Origin: Chloroflexota bacterium
GTDB lineage: Bacteria > Chloroflexota > UBA11872 > VXOZ01
Direction of reading: 5' to 3'
DNA length: 64,000 nucleotides
Assembly (NCBI GenBank): GCA_964291655.2
Contig: OZ219802.1
Span: 2,016,001-2,080,000 of the forward strand
The translations under genes were made by a program, and so were the position numbers. This document shows positions 1 through 9,737 of this stretch, one piece after another. Position 1 is the stretch's first letter; each line of letters begins with the position of its first letter. Under the pieces are notes generated by a model, which saw nothing but the letters and a program-made list of their open reading frames with translations, was not told the origin of the DNA and searched no databases.

Positions 1-521
1 ACCGTCAGCATCTCGGTTTCGTCCGCCTCTTCCACCACCACGCCGTTGTCCTGGTGCCAGGGCACAGCCACGGAAAGATTGCTCGGATTCTCCACGTGGA
101 CGACGTGACGCGGCAGCTTCATGCGCACGTGCTGCACGGGGTTGGAGAGGATTTCAGGCCCCACGACGCTCTCCGCGCAATCGAGCAAACGCGAGTTTAC
201 GAGCAGATTGAAGACGGCCGGGCCGGTGTGCATCGGCGCGTCGGCCCCTATGGCTTTCTGCGGCAGTGAAATGTCAAAAGGCTGGGCAAAAATCTGGCCG
301 CTTTCGTCGCAGACTTGAATAAGCCGCTGGTCGAACGGCAGGTCGGCATACGTAGAAGAAATGACGCCCTCTGCGTAGAGATCGCGGGCGATACCGTCCA
401 GCACGTCGGCATATTCCGCCATCACCGGCGCCAGGTCTTCTTCCGGATCGAGGACGTTTTCTACGACAACGTAGCCTTGTTCAGTGAGTTGATTGAGTTG
501 CGCTTGCGTCAAGCCGGCCAT
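1..521 (-). CDS. Phytanoyl-CoA dioxygenase (PhyH) family Fe(II)/2OG oxygenase; 5' part only, runs off the window start
   Basis: ATG at 521 with AGGAG RBS; translates MAGLTQAQLNQLTEQGYVVVENVL...PWHQDNGVVV; closely similar to 965-1933; HxD motif. Confidence 0.9.
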   Translation of the reverse strand, partial: MAGLTQAQLNQLTEQGYVVVENVLDPEEDLAPVMAEYADVLDGIARDLYAEGVISSTYADLPFDQRLIQVCDESGQIFAQPFDISLPQKAIGADAPMHTGPAVFNLLVNSRLLDCAESVVGPEILSNPVQHVRMKLPRHVVHVENPSNLSVAVPWHQDNGVVVEEADETEMLT

Positions 522-613
522 TTCTTGCTGCTCCTAATTGTCCAATGCGGAACGTATGCACATCCGAGTGCGAAAGATGCCAATGCCGAGGTTCTTTACG
601 CCCATGTATCTGT

Positions 614-642
614 CTTGTACCAAAATAATACATCCAGAGCAT
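614..642 (-). promoter_or_regulatory. Putative sigma70-type promoter of PhyH copy 1
   Basis: ATGCTC-17bp-TACAAG with TG extension; 29-bp block conserved upstream of the paralog (2026-2054). Confidence 0.45.
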
Positions 643-964
643 TATAGGCAAGCCTTCAAGCGATTATTGAGTGTGGCAGGCAGGCTCCCGCACAAAGACA
701 GGAATTATTGCGGCAGGAGAGGGTCGGATGAACGGGCTCGTCATTTCCGCGAAAAGGCTGCCCCGGGCTTGAAACGGGCAGGAATCCATTTTTGCACTTT
801 GCACGCGCCCTAGACTCCGGCGTTCGCCGGAGTGGCGGATGGAAGGCCTGACCTCGTTCAACTAGCGGTAAGTTGGCGGGGGACAAGCCCCCTCGCTACG
901 GGGAAAGAGCGCCTTCGCCTGCCGCCATGCAGAGCAGATCCTGCCAGTAAGGCGATGTTGCTTG

Positions 965-1933
965 TTAGGCGCACGCGGGGTGATCGGCGGACCAGCGGTT
1001 GAATTTCTGTTCAGCGGAAGCGGCCAGACGAACCCGCGCATCTGCCCAGAGCTGCTCCCACGCGGCGGCGGAACGGAGTTCCGTATCAGGGTTGGCGCGG
1101 CTGCGGGCCACAAAGTCAGGGAAGACCGGGCGGCCGCTGGGTTGTCCGCTCGGGTGGTAGCGCAGGTCGAAGCTCCAGCGCACCTCGTCCTCTGTCTTGT
1201 TATCGTACGAGCAGTGCATGGTCCGGCGGTGCATGAAGAGCACGCTGCCGGCCTGCATGGGCAGCGGCACGGCCTTCGCCACATCCATCTGCTCTTCCGG
1301 TATGCTCAGGCCGCCGGTGCCCGGGCAGTGCACGGCGAGGCCGTCCCGATACGAGTACGGCACGACGTTCAGGCAGCTATTCTCAATGGTGGCATCATTC
1401 AAGGGCAGCCACACCGTGAGCATTTCCGTTTCATCCGCCTCAGTTACCACCACGCCGTTATCCTGGTGCCAGGGAGTGGGGCCGGCGAGGCCGCTCGACC
1501 CCTCCGTATGCACGGCGTGGCGCGGTAACTTCATGCGCACGTGCTGTATCGGATTGTTGAGGATTTCCGGCCCCATGATGCTCTCGACGCAATCGAGCAG
1601 GCGGCGGTTGATAAGCAGGCTAAAGACGGCCGGGCCGGTGTGCATGGGCGCGTCGGCGCGCTCAGCGCTCTGCGGCAGGGAGATATCGAATGGCTGGGTG
1701 AAGAGCTGGCGGCTCTCGTCGCAGATGTGAATGAGCCGCTGATCGAACGGCAGGTCGGCATAGGTGGAGGAAATGACGCCCTCGGCGTGCAGGTCACGGG
1801 CGATGCCGTCCAGTACCTCGCCGTATTCCGCCATCACCGGCGCCAGGTCTTCCGCCGGATCGAGCACGTTTTCCGCGACCACGTACCCTTGTTCAGCAAA
1901 TTGATCGAGCTGTGCTTCGGTTAGACCGGCCAT
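965..1933 (-). CDS. PhyH family Fe(II)/2OG dioxygenase
   Basis: Start MAGLTEAQ at 1933 with AGGAG RBS; WHQD, distal H (HRRTMHCS) and R (RWSFDLRY) motifs. Confidence 0.92.
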   Translation of the reverse strand: MAGLTEAQLDQFAEQGYVVAENVLDPAEDLAPVMAEYGEVLDGIARDLHAEGVISSTYADLPFDQRLIHICDESRQLFTQPFDISLPQSAERADAPMHTGPAVFSLLINRRLLDCVESIMGPEILNNPIQHVRMKLPRHAVHTEGSSGLAGPTPWHQDNGVVVTEADETEMLTVWLPLNDATIENSCLNVVPYSYRDGLAVHCPGTGGLSIPEEQMDVAKAVPLPMQAGSVLFMHRRTMHCSYDNKTEDEVRWSFDLRYHPSGQPSGRPVFPDFVARSRANPDTELRSAAAWEQLWADARVRLAASAEQKFNRWSADHPACA

Positions 1934-2025
1934 GGTGTGCTGCTCCTGGACTTCCCGTGCAAGCCGCTTGCACGTGCGCTGGCGCCCGCTGCTACTTCCG
2001 GGGCTACTTACCCTCTTCTCCCAAG

Positions 2026-2054
2026 GTTGTACCAAAATAATGCATCCAAAGCAA
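2026..2054 (-). promoter_or_regulatory. Putative sigma70-type promoter of PhyH copy 2
   Basis: TTGCTT-17bp-TACAAC with TG extension; conserved with 614-642. Confidence 0.5.
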
Positions 2055-2161
2055 TCTTGGCAAGACTGCAAGGGAGTAGTGAGGAGCGGGGACTGAGCCC
2101 CAATGTTGTCGCATTAACTTTCTTGGCAAGGAAAATGGAGCTCTCATTACCTTACAATTCC

Positions 2162-2280
2162 GGTAGCGCAGGCCCTTCGACAGGCTCAGGACGGGCCCTT
2201 CGGCAGAGCCTGTGCTGATCCTGCCGAAGTGCTCAGGACAGGTTTGCAACCCCGTATCGAGTACGGGGCAGGCTCTGCGC
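2162..2280. repeat. GTAG-type REP carrying four nested 23-24-nt micro-insertions
   Basis: Removing 2173-2242 and 2251-2274 restores GGTAGCGCAGGTTTGCAACCTGCG, seen intact at ~38937 and near-intact at ~2450. Confidence 0.85.
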
Positions 2281-2377
2281 CTTTTGTAGGGTCAAGCCCT
2301 CGCGCACCCGTTTCTATCAGTGGAAGTGTTAGAGCCACGCCTTGTGCTGCTGATGTGGTCGCAGTTTCGCGTGCTCT

Positions 2378-2474
2378 GGCGGGGGACAAGCCCCCGCGCT
2401 ACAATGAGCAGCCCTCTCCTTGTCGCTAGGGTGGCCAACGAACTGCCTTGGTAGCGCAGGTTTGTAACCTGCGT
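2378..2474. repeat. GTAG-tagged REP palindromes; other members at ~875-899, 16281-16305, 28979-29003, 38937-38960, 39462-39486, 49177-49204
   Basis: GCGGGGGACAAGCCCCCGCGCTAC and GTAGCGCAGGTTTGTAACCTGCG hairpins with terminal GTAG/CTAC. Confidence 0.8.
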
Positions 2475-2687
2475 CCCCAGCCCGTCACTTCCGCGCAAAG
2501 CAGGAATCCAATTTCCCTTCTCACGCGGTGCGCGTTGCTATCGGTTGAGCGGGCCGGTGGCGTTGAGCTCGTAGCTAGACTTGGCAGCGTTCTGCGCAGA
2601 GCGCTGCCCTTTGCAACGAATCGTTCGCGCCCAAGTCGCGGAATGGCATTAGAATGAATTAAGGAAGAAAGAGAGGGGAGAAATCCT

Positions 2688-3131
2688 GTGCATGTAGCGG
2701 CACAAAACTACGCCTGCGCGCTCGGTCTTGCGTTGATGGTCTTGCTGCTCGCTGCGTGCGGCGGTGCTGGGGAATTTTCAGACGCTGACACAGCGCCGCA
2801 ACCTGCCCTGCGCGGCGGGGCCGATGCTCCTATAAATAGCAAAGAGGCTGCTCTCGCGGCAGTGCGCACGCATCTCTCTGAGATTATCTCCTGTCGGGAG
2901 GCGCATGGCCGCTTGGAGCAGGACTTCTCACAAGGCTTATTTGAGGCGCGACTCACCTCCGCCTACTCCCTGCGGACGCAGAGTCCGGTGTGGGAGGTAG
3001 CATTCGCAGGTGACCTCCACATCCCGTACGTGATCTGGTTTGTGGAGCAGAGCGACGGCACAGTGCTGGCGAGCATTAGCGCGGCGACGTACTACGAATC
3101 TCCGCTCCATCACATGTGCCGCCGCGACTAA
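2688..3131 (+). CDS. Hypothetical lipoprotein
   Basis: GTG start after a purine-rich RBS; hydrophobic signal with lipobox LAAC. Confidence 0.7.
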   Translation: MHVAAQNYACALGLALMVLLLAACGGAGEFSDADTAPQPALRGGADAPINSKEAALAAVRTHLSEIISCREAHGRLEQDFSQGLFEARLTSAYSLRTQSPVWEVAFAGDLHIPYVIWFVEQSDGTVLASISAATYYESPLHHMCRRD

Positions 3132-3183
3132 GCTGCAATTCAGCCCAAACTGAAATACACCCGCGGCAATGTGGGAGAAGAGG

Positions 3184-3909
3184 TTACTGCGCCGCGTGCC
3201 GCACGGTCGCCAGCGCTTCCGGTAGCGTGAACGCGCCGCGGTAGAGGGATACGCCGACGATTGCCCCTTCGACGCCGAGCGTCGTCAGCCGCGTGAGGTG
3301 GTCGAGACTGGCGACACCGCCGGAGGCGATTACCGGCACGCTGACGGCTTGAGCCAGCGCCCCTGTAGCCTCAAAATTCGGTTGGGAGAGCGTGCCGTCG
3401 CGTTCCACGTCGGTGTAGAGAAACCGGCTCACGCCGCTCGCCACCATCTGGTGCGCCAGATCGAACATGTCAACGCCGCTCTCATGCTGCCAGCCGTGGG
3501 TCATCACCTTGCCGTTGCGGGCATCTAACGCGACGACCACCCGGCCGGGATAGCGCGCGCACGCATCGGCGACCAACTCAGGCTGCTCCAACGCCACCGT
3601 GCCCAACACGACCCGCGCCACGCCTGCCGCGACTGCCTGCTCGATGGCGGCGAGGTCGCGCAGACCGCCGCCCATCTGCACGGGAATGGTCAGCGCCGCG
3701 GCAATCGCCGCCACAACCGGGTGGTTTCGGCTCTTGCCGCGCTCGGTGCCGTCCAGGTCCACCACGTGGAGCAACGCCGCGCCCTGTTCCTGCCAGCCGC
3801 GGGCGGTTTCCACCGGATCGTGGGAGAAGACGGTGCTCTGGTCAAAGTCACCTTTGAACAGGCGCACCACCGCGCCGTCTTTGATGTCTATCGCGGGAAT
3901 TACTTGCAT
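3184..3909 (-). CDS. hisA: ProFAR isomerase (histidine biosynthesis)
   Basis: VIPAIDIKDG..VRL, LHVVDLDG, QMGGGLR, YTDVERDGT motifs. Confidence 0.97.
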   Translation of the reverse strand: MQVIPAIDIKDGAVVRLFKGDFDQSTVFSHDPVETARGWQEQGAALLHVVDLDGTERGKSRNHPVVAAIAAALTIPVQMGGGLRDLAAIEQAVAAGVARVVLGTVALEQPELVADACARYPGRVVVALDARNGKVMTHGWQHESGVDMFDLAHQMVASGVSRFLYTDVERDGTLSQPNFEATGALAQAVSVPVIASGGVASLDHLTRLTTLGVEGAIVGVSLYRGAFTLPEALATVRHAAQ

Positions 3910-4022
3910 GGCGTACTGCGCACGTCCTTCGCGTCACCTCAACGGCGGCGCTCTACCGACAAGATCGCTGGGCATTCACTATCGTGTATGTACCGTATTT
4001 AGCCTACCAACATCCGAATCTT

Positions 4023-4314
4023 GTAACGCAGGGGGCTTGTCCCCCGCCACTTGGCGCACACCATTTGGGTCGCGCAAGTCTTTGGCAAATGCGTTCACCC
4101 AGACAAGCTGACTTCGCATTCCAGTGTCACCCGAACCCAATCCCGGCTCTCGTAGCGCGGGGGCTTGTCCCCCGCCACTTGGCGCACACCATTTGGGTCG
4201 CGCAAGGTCTTGGCGAATGTGTTCACCCAGACATGCTGACTGGGCATTCACCAGTGTCACCCGAACCCAATCCCGGCTCTCGTAATGCGGGGGCTTATCA
4301 TCCGCCTCTTGGCG
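4023..4314. repeat. Tandem array of ~129-130-bp REP-containing units between hisH and hisA
   Basis: Units start at 4023, 4152 and 4282 (partial), each beginning GTA..GC.GGGGGCTT. Confidence 0.9.
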
Positions 4315-4485
4315 TCAAATTCAAGCGCCCCTTTGGAAGAAACATGCCTTGCGCTCGCGGCATTGGTTCATCTTGCGACCCTTCGGCAAAGCCTGTACTT
4401 AGCCTATCGCAGCGTTCTTGCCGCCGTTCGTGTTGCGTTCTTACCCCCGTTCGCGCTGAGCCTGTCGAAGCGCTGTTCCAGAGAT

Positions 4486-5115
4486 TCATGAAGTTTTCGC
4501 GCTGCGCGCCCCCATCGCCCACGCCACGAAATTCTCATAGAGCCGCAACCCCATGCCGGCGCTCTTCTCCGGGTGAAACTGGGTGGCAAAGACGTTTTCC
4601 TGCGCTATCACGCTGGGGAAGGCGACGCCATAGTCGGTGGCGCCGGCGGTCAGCGCGGCGTCCTCAGGGTCGGTGTAGTATGAGTGCACAAAGTAGAAAT
4701 ACGCTTCGTCCGGAATGCCGGCGAACATCGGGTGCTCCTGCGTCTGCCGCACCTGGTTCCAGCCCATGTGCGGCACGGTGAGCCCCTTGGGGAAGCGCCG
4801 CACGAGGCCGGGATAGAGATCGAGGCAGGGCGTGCCGCCGTCCTCTTCACTGGCCGTGAGCAAGACCTGCATCCCCATGCAAATGCCGAAATACGGCTTG
4901 CCGGACGCAATCGTCGCCTGCACCACCTCAATCATGCCGTGCCGCTCTAAGCCGCGAATCGTATCCCCCGCCGCGCCCACACCGGGCAAGATCACCGCCG
5001 CGGCGCGTTCCACTTCCGCCGGGTCCTGCGTCACCACAAAATCCGGCGTGTGCAACGCCACCGCCCGGCTGACGCTACGCAAATTCCCGGCGCCGTAGTC
5101 AATAATCGCAATCAT
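4486..5115 (-). CDS. hisH: Imidazole glycerol phosphate synthase glutamine amidotransferase subunit
   Basis: MIAIIDYGAGNL, PGVG, GICMGMQ, PHMGWN, YFVHSY, QFHPEKS; start moved to 5115. Confidence 0.97.
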   Translation of the reverse strand: MIAIIDYGAGNLRSVSRAVALHTPDFVVTQDPAEVERAAAVILPGVGAAGDTIRGLERHGMIEVVQATIASGKPYFGICMGMQVLLTASEEDGGTPCLDLYPGLVRRFPKGLTVPHMGWNQVRQTQEHPMFAGIPDEAYFYFVHSYYTDPEDAALTAGATDYGVAFPSVIAQENVFATQFHPEKSAGMGLRLYENFVAWAMGARSAKTS

Positions 5116-5311
5116 GGCAGGGTAGTTTCTTTCATAAATGTACGGGTCACCTCTGTATGATATCGCCTCAGCAAGGTAGGCAACAATTTTACGCCGCGCT
5201 TTGTTCGGATTCAAACTACGCTTGCAACGTCCATGTGAGTCTGGTTTCGCGAAGGCCCTGCGCCACAACTGGTAAGAAATTCTCCTCCCAGCAATTGGCG
5301 TTCTTAGATTC

Positions 5312-6139
5312 CTACGGCCTACCGTTCCGCTTGCGGCGTGGGGTTGGGGGCACGGGGAAGGTCGTCGTTTGTGTAGGCAGGCGTTCGAGCAGGATCCAGC
5401 CGTGGCCGGCTTGTACGCGGGCACGTTCCCAACCGGCTTGGAGGGCGAGGCGGTGTGCCTCGGAAGCCGTGTACGACGCGCCAATGGACGCCGACGGCTC
5501 GCCGTTTTCGCAGAGCGCCAGCCCGTCTATGCCCACTTGGCTTGCTTTGAGCAGCGTCCACAGCCAGGGGTGAATGTCGCGGCGGGTGTCGGCCACGAGG
5601 ATCCGGCCCGATGGTTGCGCCACGCGCCGTAGCTCCGCGAGCGCGGCTACCGGGTCCTGCACGTGGTGCAGAGCCAGCGTGCTCACGACGAGATCGAACG
5701 TATCGTCCGCAAACGGCAGCACCTCGCCGCGCGCCTGCGCGAAATGCACGGCCTGTTCGTGATTGCCGGTCGCGGCATGGGCGGTTGCCGTTGTGAGCAT
5801 CGGCAGTGAGAGGTCGATGCCAGTCACGGTAGCCTGAGGCGCGCACTCTGCCAGTTCAAGGGGAAACCACCCCGGCCCGCACCCCACGTCCAGGATGCGC
5901 CACTGCGTGGACCCAGCGGTAGCGTAGCGCGCCAGGTAGCCGCGCACCACCCGCATGGGGAGCAGCGCCATGAAGCGGCTGTACCGCGCGACGAGTTCCG
6001 GCGGCTCGATGGCTTCCTTGTGGGAGGTGCGTTGCGTGGGCGGATCGCCCGCCCACTGCCGCAGCCGGCGTAGGAATAGGATGCAGATGCCGATAAGCGC
6101 TATGAGAATTGCCGAGCGTGCCGACTTCACAAGTCTCAC
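5312..6139 (-). CDS. Class I SAM-dependent methyltransferase with N-terminal membrane anchor
   Basis: ILDVGCGPG motif I; LPFADDTFDLVVS; hydrophobic N-terminus. Confidence 0.85.
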   Translation of the reverse strand: MRLVKSARSAILIALIGICILFLRRLRQWAGDPPTQRTSHKEAIEPPELVARYSRFMALLPMRVVRGYLARYATAGSTQWRILDVGCGPGWFPLELAECAPQATVTGIDLSLPMLTTATAHAATGNHEQAVHFAQARGEVLPFADDTFDLVVSTLALHHVQDPVAALAELRRVAQPSGRILVADTRRDIHPWLWTLLKASQVGIDGLALCENGEPSASIGASYTASEAHRLALQAGWERARVQAGHGWILLERLPTQTTTFPVPPTPRRKRNGRP

Positions 6140-6287
6140 CCCTCAGTCTGTGTCGATGAATTCAGTGTGGTCTATTTTGTGCTGCCACTTATTATTGCGC
6201 GTGTGGCTGGTCTATGGGAGCCGTGGCTGCCACCAAGCAATTCAAGCTCTGAGTCTTAAAGACCCCTCACCCTAACCCTCTCCCCCG

Positions 6288-7931
6288 GAGGGTGTCTCAA
6301 AAATAGATCTACTGGATATATACTGGTGTGAAGAGAAGCAAGGTGAGGTTGTGGGATAGTTTGTAGAGAGGTAGTGACGATGCCGTTGAGACCGTTTAGT
6401 CGTGAACAGGCCTGGCTGTTGCCGCCGACGCTGGACGAACTGATCCCGGACGACCATCCTGTCAGGTTTGCGGCAGCGTTCGTGGACAGCCTCGATGCTG
6501 CGGCCTGGGAGGCGATGGAGATTGACCTGCAAGGCGATCCGCGTGGCGCCGGGGCCTACCATCCGCGCGCGCTGCTGGGCGTATGGGTCTACGGCTTCAT
6601 GACCGGCGTGCGCTCGAGCCGCAAGCTGGAGGCAGCCTGCCGGGATCAGGTACCGTACCTGTGGCTGGTGGGGATGCAGCAGCCGGACCACAACACGCTG
6701 TGGCGCTTCTACAAGGCGCACCGCGACCGGATGCGGACGCTGCTCAAGCGCACGGTGCGCACGGCGGTGCGAGCCGGCCTGGTGGAGTTGGCAATCCAGG
6801 CGGTGGACGGCACCAGGATCGCGGCCAACGCCGGGACGCGGCATACCCACGACGCGCAGGGGCTGCAGCGGCTGTTGTCCCGCACCGAGCAAGCGATCGC
6901 GGACCTGGAGGCGCAGAACGCCACGGGGGGCGACGCGCCGCCAGCGACTTTGCCGCAGGAACTTGCCGATGCCCAGGCCCTGCGGCGGCGGGTGGACGAC
7001 GCGCTCGCCCGCGTCGCGGCTGAGGACGGGCCGCGCTACACGAACCTGACTGATGCGGACGCGGCCCTGCTCAAGACTGGCATGGGTGGCTTCATCACCG
7101 GCTACAACGCCCAGGCGCTGGTCTCCCCTCTTGCGTCCCCGGACGAGGGCGCAGGGGGGAGGTTGATCACAGCCGTGGACGTGAGCGCCAGTGCCGACGA
7201 CCATCCCCACCTGGCGCCGCTGATCGAGGCGGCGCAGGAGAACATCGACGCCGCGCGGGACGTGGTGACCGTTGCGGACGCCGGCTACCATTCGGGGGCC
7301 AACCTCGCCACGTGCCACGCCGGCGGCCACACGGTATTGATGCCCACGACCCACGAGCGCAGACGCCGCAACCCCTACCATAAAGACCACTTCACCTACC
7401 GTCCAGAGACCGACACCTACCTGTGTCCCCAGCAAAAGGTGCTCACCTACACGCACCGCTTGACCCACAGCAACGGCTACCGGGTCAAGCGGTACCAAGC
7501 CAACGGCCGGGACTGCAGAACCTGTCCGGCCTTCGGCGTCTGCACCTCCTCCCAGAGGGGCCGCTCCATAAAGATCAGCGCCTACGAGCCAATACTGCAA
7601 CGGCACAGGCAGTTGATGGCCACCGCGCCTGCCAAGCAGGTGTACCGCCGCCGGAGTACCATCGTCGAGCCGGTCTTTGGCCTGCTCAAGGAGTGGCACA
7701 GTGCCAGGCGCTTCCTGCTCAGAGGCCGCAGCCACGTGACGTCCGAATGGCACCTGCTGGCCACCGCGTTCAATCTCAAGAGCCTCCACGCCCTGTGGCG
7801 GTCTGGGTGTAGTCCAGCGTCGCCCCGGGGACGAGTCTCTCACTGGCACCGTCTTGTTCATACCACCCGCCATCTGTCTGTCCTTCTCACCCCATTCACC
7901 GTGCCCCGCACCAAAATATTGAGACAGCCTC
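6288..7931 (+). mobile_element. IS1182-family element, copy 1 (1644 bp)
   Basis: TIRs GAGGGTGTCTCAA / TTGAGACAGCCTC; 4-bp TSD CCCG (6284-6287, 7932-7935) inside CCCTCTCC-N4-GGAGAGGG. Confidence 0.95.
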
Positions 7932-7966
7932 CCCGGGAGAGGGAACCGGTCAGTCTGTGTCGGTGA
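6374..7966 (+). CDS. IS1182-family DDE transposase
   Basis: LLPPTLDELIPDDHPVR, YHPRALL, SSRKLE, PDHNTL, AVDGTRI, ADAGY, YRRRSTIVEPVFG motifs. Confidence 0.95.
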   Translation: MTMPLRPFSREQAWLLPPTLDELIPDDHPVRFAAAFVDSLDAAAWEAMEIDLQGDPRGAGAYHPRALLGVWVYGFMTGVRSSRKLEAACRDQVPYLWLVGMQQPDHNTLWRFYKAHRDRMRTLLKRTVRTAVRAGLVELAIQAVDGTRIAANAGTRHTHDAQGLQRLLSRTEQAIADLEAQNATGGDAPPATLPQELADAQALRRRVDDALARVAAEDGPRYTNLTDADAALLKTGMGGFITGYNAQALVSPLASPDEGAGGRLITAVDVSASADDHPHLAPLIEAAQENIDAARDVVTVADAGYHSGANLATCHAGGHTVLMPTTHERRRRNPYHKDHFTYRPETDTYLCPQQKVLTYTHRLTHSNGYRVKRYQANGRDCRTCPAFGVCTSSQRGRSIKISAYEPILQRHRQLMATAPAKQVYRRRSTIVEPVFGLLKEWHSARRFLLRGRSHVTSEWHLLATAFNLKSLHALWRSGCSPASPRGRVSHWHRLVHTTRHLSVLLTPFTVPRTKILRQPPREREPVSLCR

Positions 7967-8146
7967 ATTCAGTGTGGTTGCCTAACCATTGCCCCTACTT
8001 GTCGCGCCTGTGGCTGGTCTTCGAAAGCCGCAACCGCCTCTTGGCAGTGTACTCCCTTTCAAAAAGAATCCCCCTTACCCTAGCCCTCTCCCTCGGGAGA
8101 CCTTTGCGCAACTCCGGCCGGAGGCGCAAGAATTACCCCCTCTCCT

Positions 8147-9411
8147 TGTATAGACCGGGTACATGGGTTACACATGTTCGGGCACATAGGTTACACCTTA
8201 AGGCATGGAGATTCTTACAGATGGAGGAGCGCCATGCCTTGGAAGGAGAGTACGGTTGTGTCTGAACGCAAGGAGTTCATTGCACTGGCACTGATGGAAG
8301 GGGCCAACATCAGCGAGCTGTGTCGCCGTCTGGAGATCAGTCGCAAGACGGCGTACAAGACGCTGGAGCGGTATGCGAAAGCTGGCGAAGACGGTTTGCA
8401 CGACCGGTCGCGGCGGCCGCACACGTGTCCGCACCGCACGCGCCCGGCGCTGGAGGAGCGCATCATCGCCTTGCGCCTGGCGCATCCGAAGAAAGGCGCA
8501 CACGTGCTGCGCCGGATGCTGCAGGACCAGGGGGTCACCGACGTGCCGGCCAAGAGCACCATCAATGCCATTCTCAAACGCCATGGGCTCATCGATCCAG
8601 CCCAGAGCGCCAAGCACACGCCCCATGTGCGCTTCGAACGACCCCAGCCCAACGAGCTGTGGCAGATGGACTTCAAGGGACATTTCGTCATGCAGCAGAA
8701 CCGCTGTCATCCTCTCACCCTCCTAGACGATCACTCCCGCTTCAACCTCGGGTTACAGGCCTGTGCCAACGAGCGGGGAGAGACGGTCCAAGACCGCCTC
8801 ACCGCTGTCTTTCGCCGCTACGGCTTGCCCCAGGCCATGCTCATGGACAACGGCTCTCCCTGGGGTAACGACAGTGCCCAGCCCTTCACGCCCCTCACCG
8901 TCTGGCTCATGCAGCTGGGCATCAACGTCCTGCACAGCCGACCCTACCATCCCCAGACACTCGGCAAGCTGGAACGCTTCCACCGCTCCCTCAAGAGCGA
9001 ACTGCTGGCAGGGACCACCTTTACCGACCTGGACCATTGCCAGCGCGCCTTTGACACCTGGCGCCACTTCTACAACTTGGAACGCCCACACCATGCCCTC
9101 GATCTCGACACTCCCATTACCAGATACACGCCTAGTCCTCGCCCTTTCCCAGAGACCTTGCCTGCCCTCGCCTACGCTCCCGACGACCGCGTACGCAGCG
9201 TCGATGTCTCCGGCCGCATCTCCTTCCAAGGCAGACGGCTCCGTGTGGGCAGGGCCTTCACGCACAAGCAAGTCGCCCTGCGACCCACCCGAACGGACGG
9301 TGTCTGGGACGTGTACTTCTCGATCCAAAGAGTAAAAACCATAGACCTCAGAGCACAAAATGTGTAACCTATCTACCCGAACATCTGTTACCTATGTCCC
9401 CGGTCTGTACA
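8147..9411 (+). mobile_element. IS481-family element (1265 bp)
   Basis: TGTATAGACCGGG...CCGGTCTGTACA ends, two repeated subterminal sites per end, 5-bp TSD CTCCT (8142-8146, 9412-9416). Confidence 0.95.
8234..9367 (+). CDS. IS481-family transposase (HTH + rve integrase core)
   Basis: MPWKES start after GGAGG; DRSRRP, WQMDFKG, MDNG, GKLERFHRSLK, YNLERPH. Confidence 0.96.
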   Translation: MPWKESTVVSERKEFIALALMEGANISELCRRLEISRKTAYKTLERYAKAGEDGLHDRSRRPHTCPHRTRPALEERIIALRLAHPKKGAHVLRRMLQDQGVTDVPAKSTINAILKRHGLIDPAQSAKHTPHVRFERPQPNELWQMDFKGHFVMQQNRCHPLTLLDDHSRFNLGLQACANERGETVQDRLTAVFRRYGLPQAMLMDNGSPWGNDSAQPFTPLTVWLMQLGINVLHSRPYHPQTLGKLERFHRSLKSELLAGTTFTDLDHCQRAFDTWRHFYNLERPHHALDLDTPITRYTPSPRPFPETLPALAYAPDDRVRSVDVSGRISFQGRRLRVGRAFTHKQVALRPTRTDGVWDVYFSIQRVKTIDLRAQNV

Positions 9412-9737
9412 CTCCTTGGGGAGAGGGTCGGGGTGAGGGGTCTTATCTGCTTTGCATATCGTAAAACATGTACAGTCAATCATATTAGAGCCAATCCGGT
9501 CAGGAAGTTGCTCGTGCTCAGAGCAGTTTCACCCTCACCCCCGTATCACGTACGGGGCAGGCTCTAGCCCTCTCCCGTCAAGGGAGAGGGGACAATCTCC
9601 CTTCCACATGGGTTTTGCAAAGGTCTCCTCAGGGAGAGGGAATCGGAGGAGAAACGTTCACTTACACCCTTGTCCTCTCTTCCTGGAGACTGAGACGAGG
9701 AACTGCAAATTCCGACCTGCACCGGCAGTCCATAGTG

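Larger units (their letters stand above)
8096..9628. mobile_element. GGAGACCTTTGC-ended MITE (family A) carrying a palindrome doublet with an IS481 nested inside
   Basis: GGAGACCTTTGCGCAAC at 8096 and GTTTTGCAAAGGTCTCC ending at 9628; flanked by CCCTCTCC and GGAGAGGG half-sites. Confidence 0.7.

Noticed and set aside
3984-4781. ORFs running through repeat clusters (also 2004-2498, 13600-14108, 38562-39688, 49275-49904)
   Set aside because: They are translations of palindromes and MITEs (e.g. VIPAQAGIQ, PLSLWERG-like strings) without RBS or coding signal.
6272-7873. 533-640-aa antisense ORFs over the IS1182 copies (also 23850-25772, 51330-53057)
   Set aside because: Shadow frames of a GC-rich gene; no motifs, no stop within the element, and composition is typical of antisense translation.
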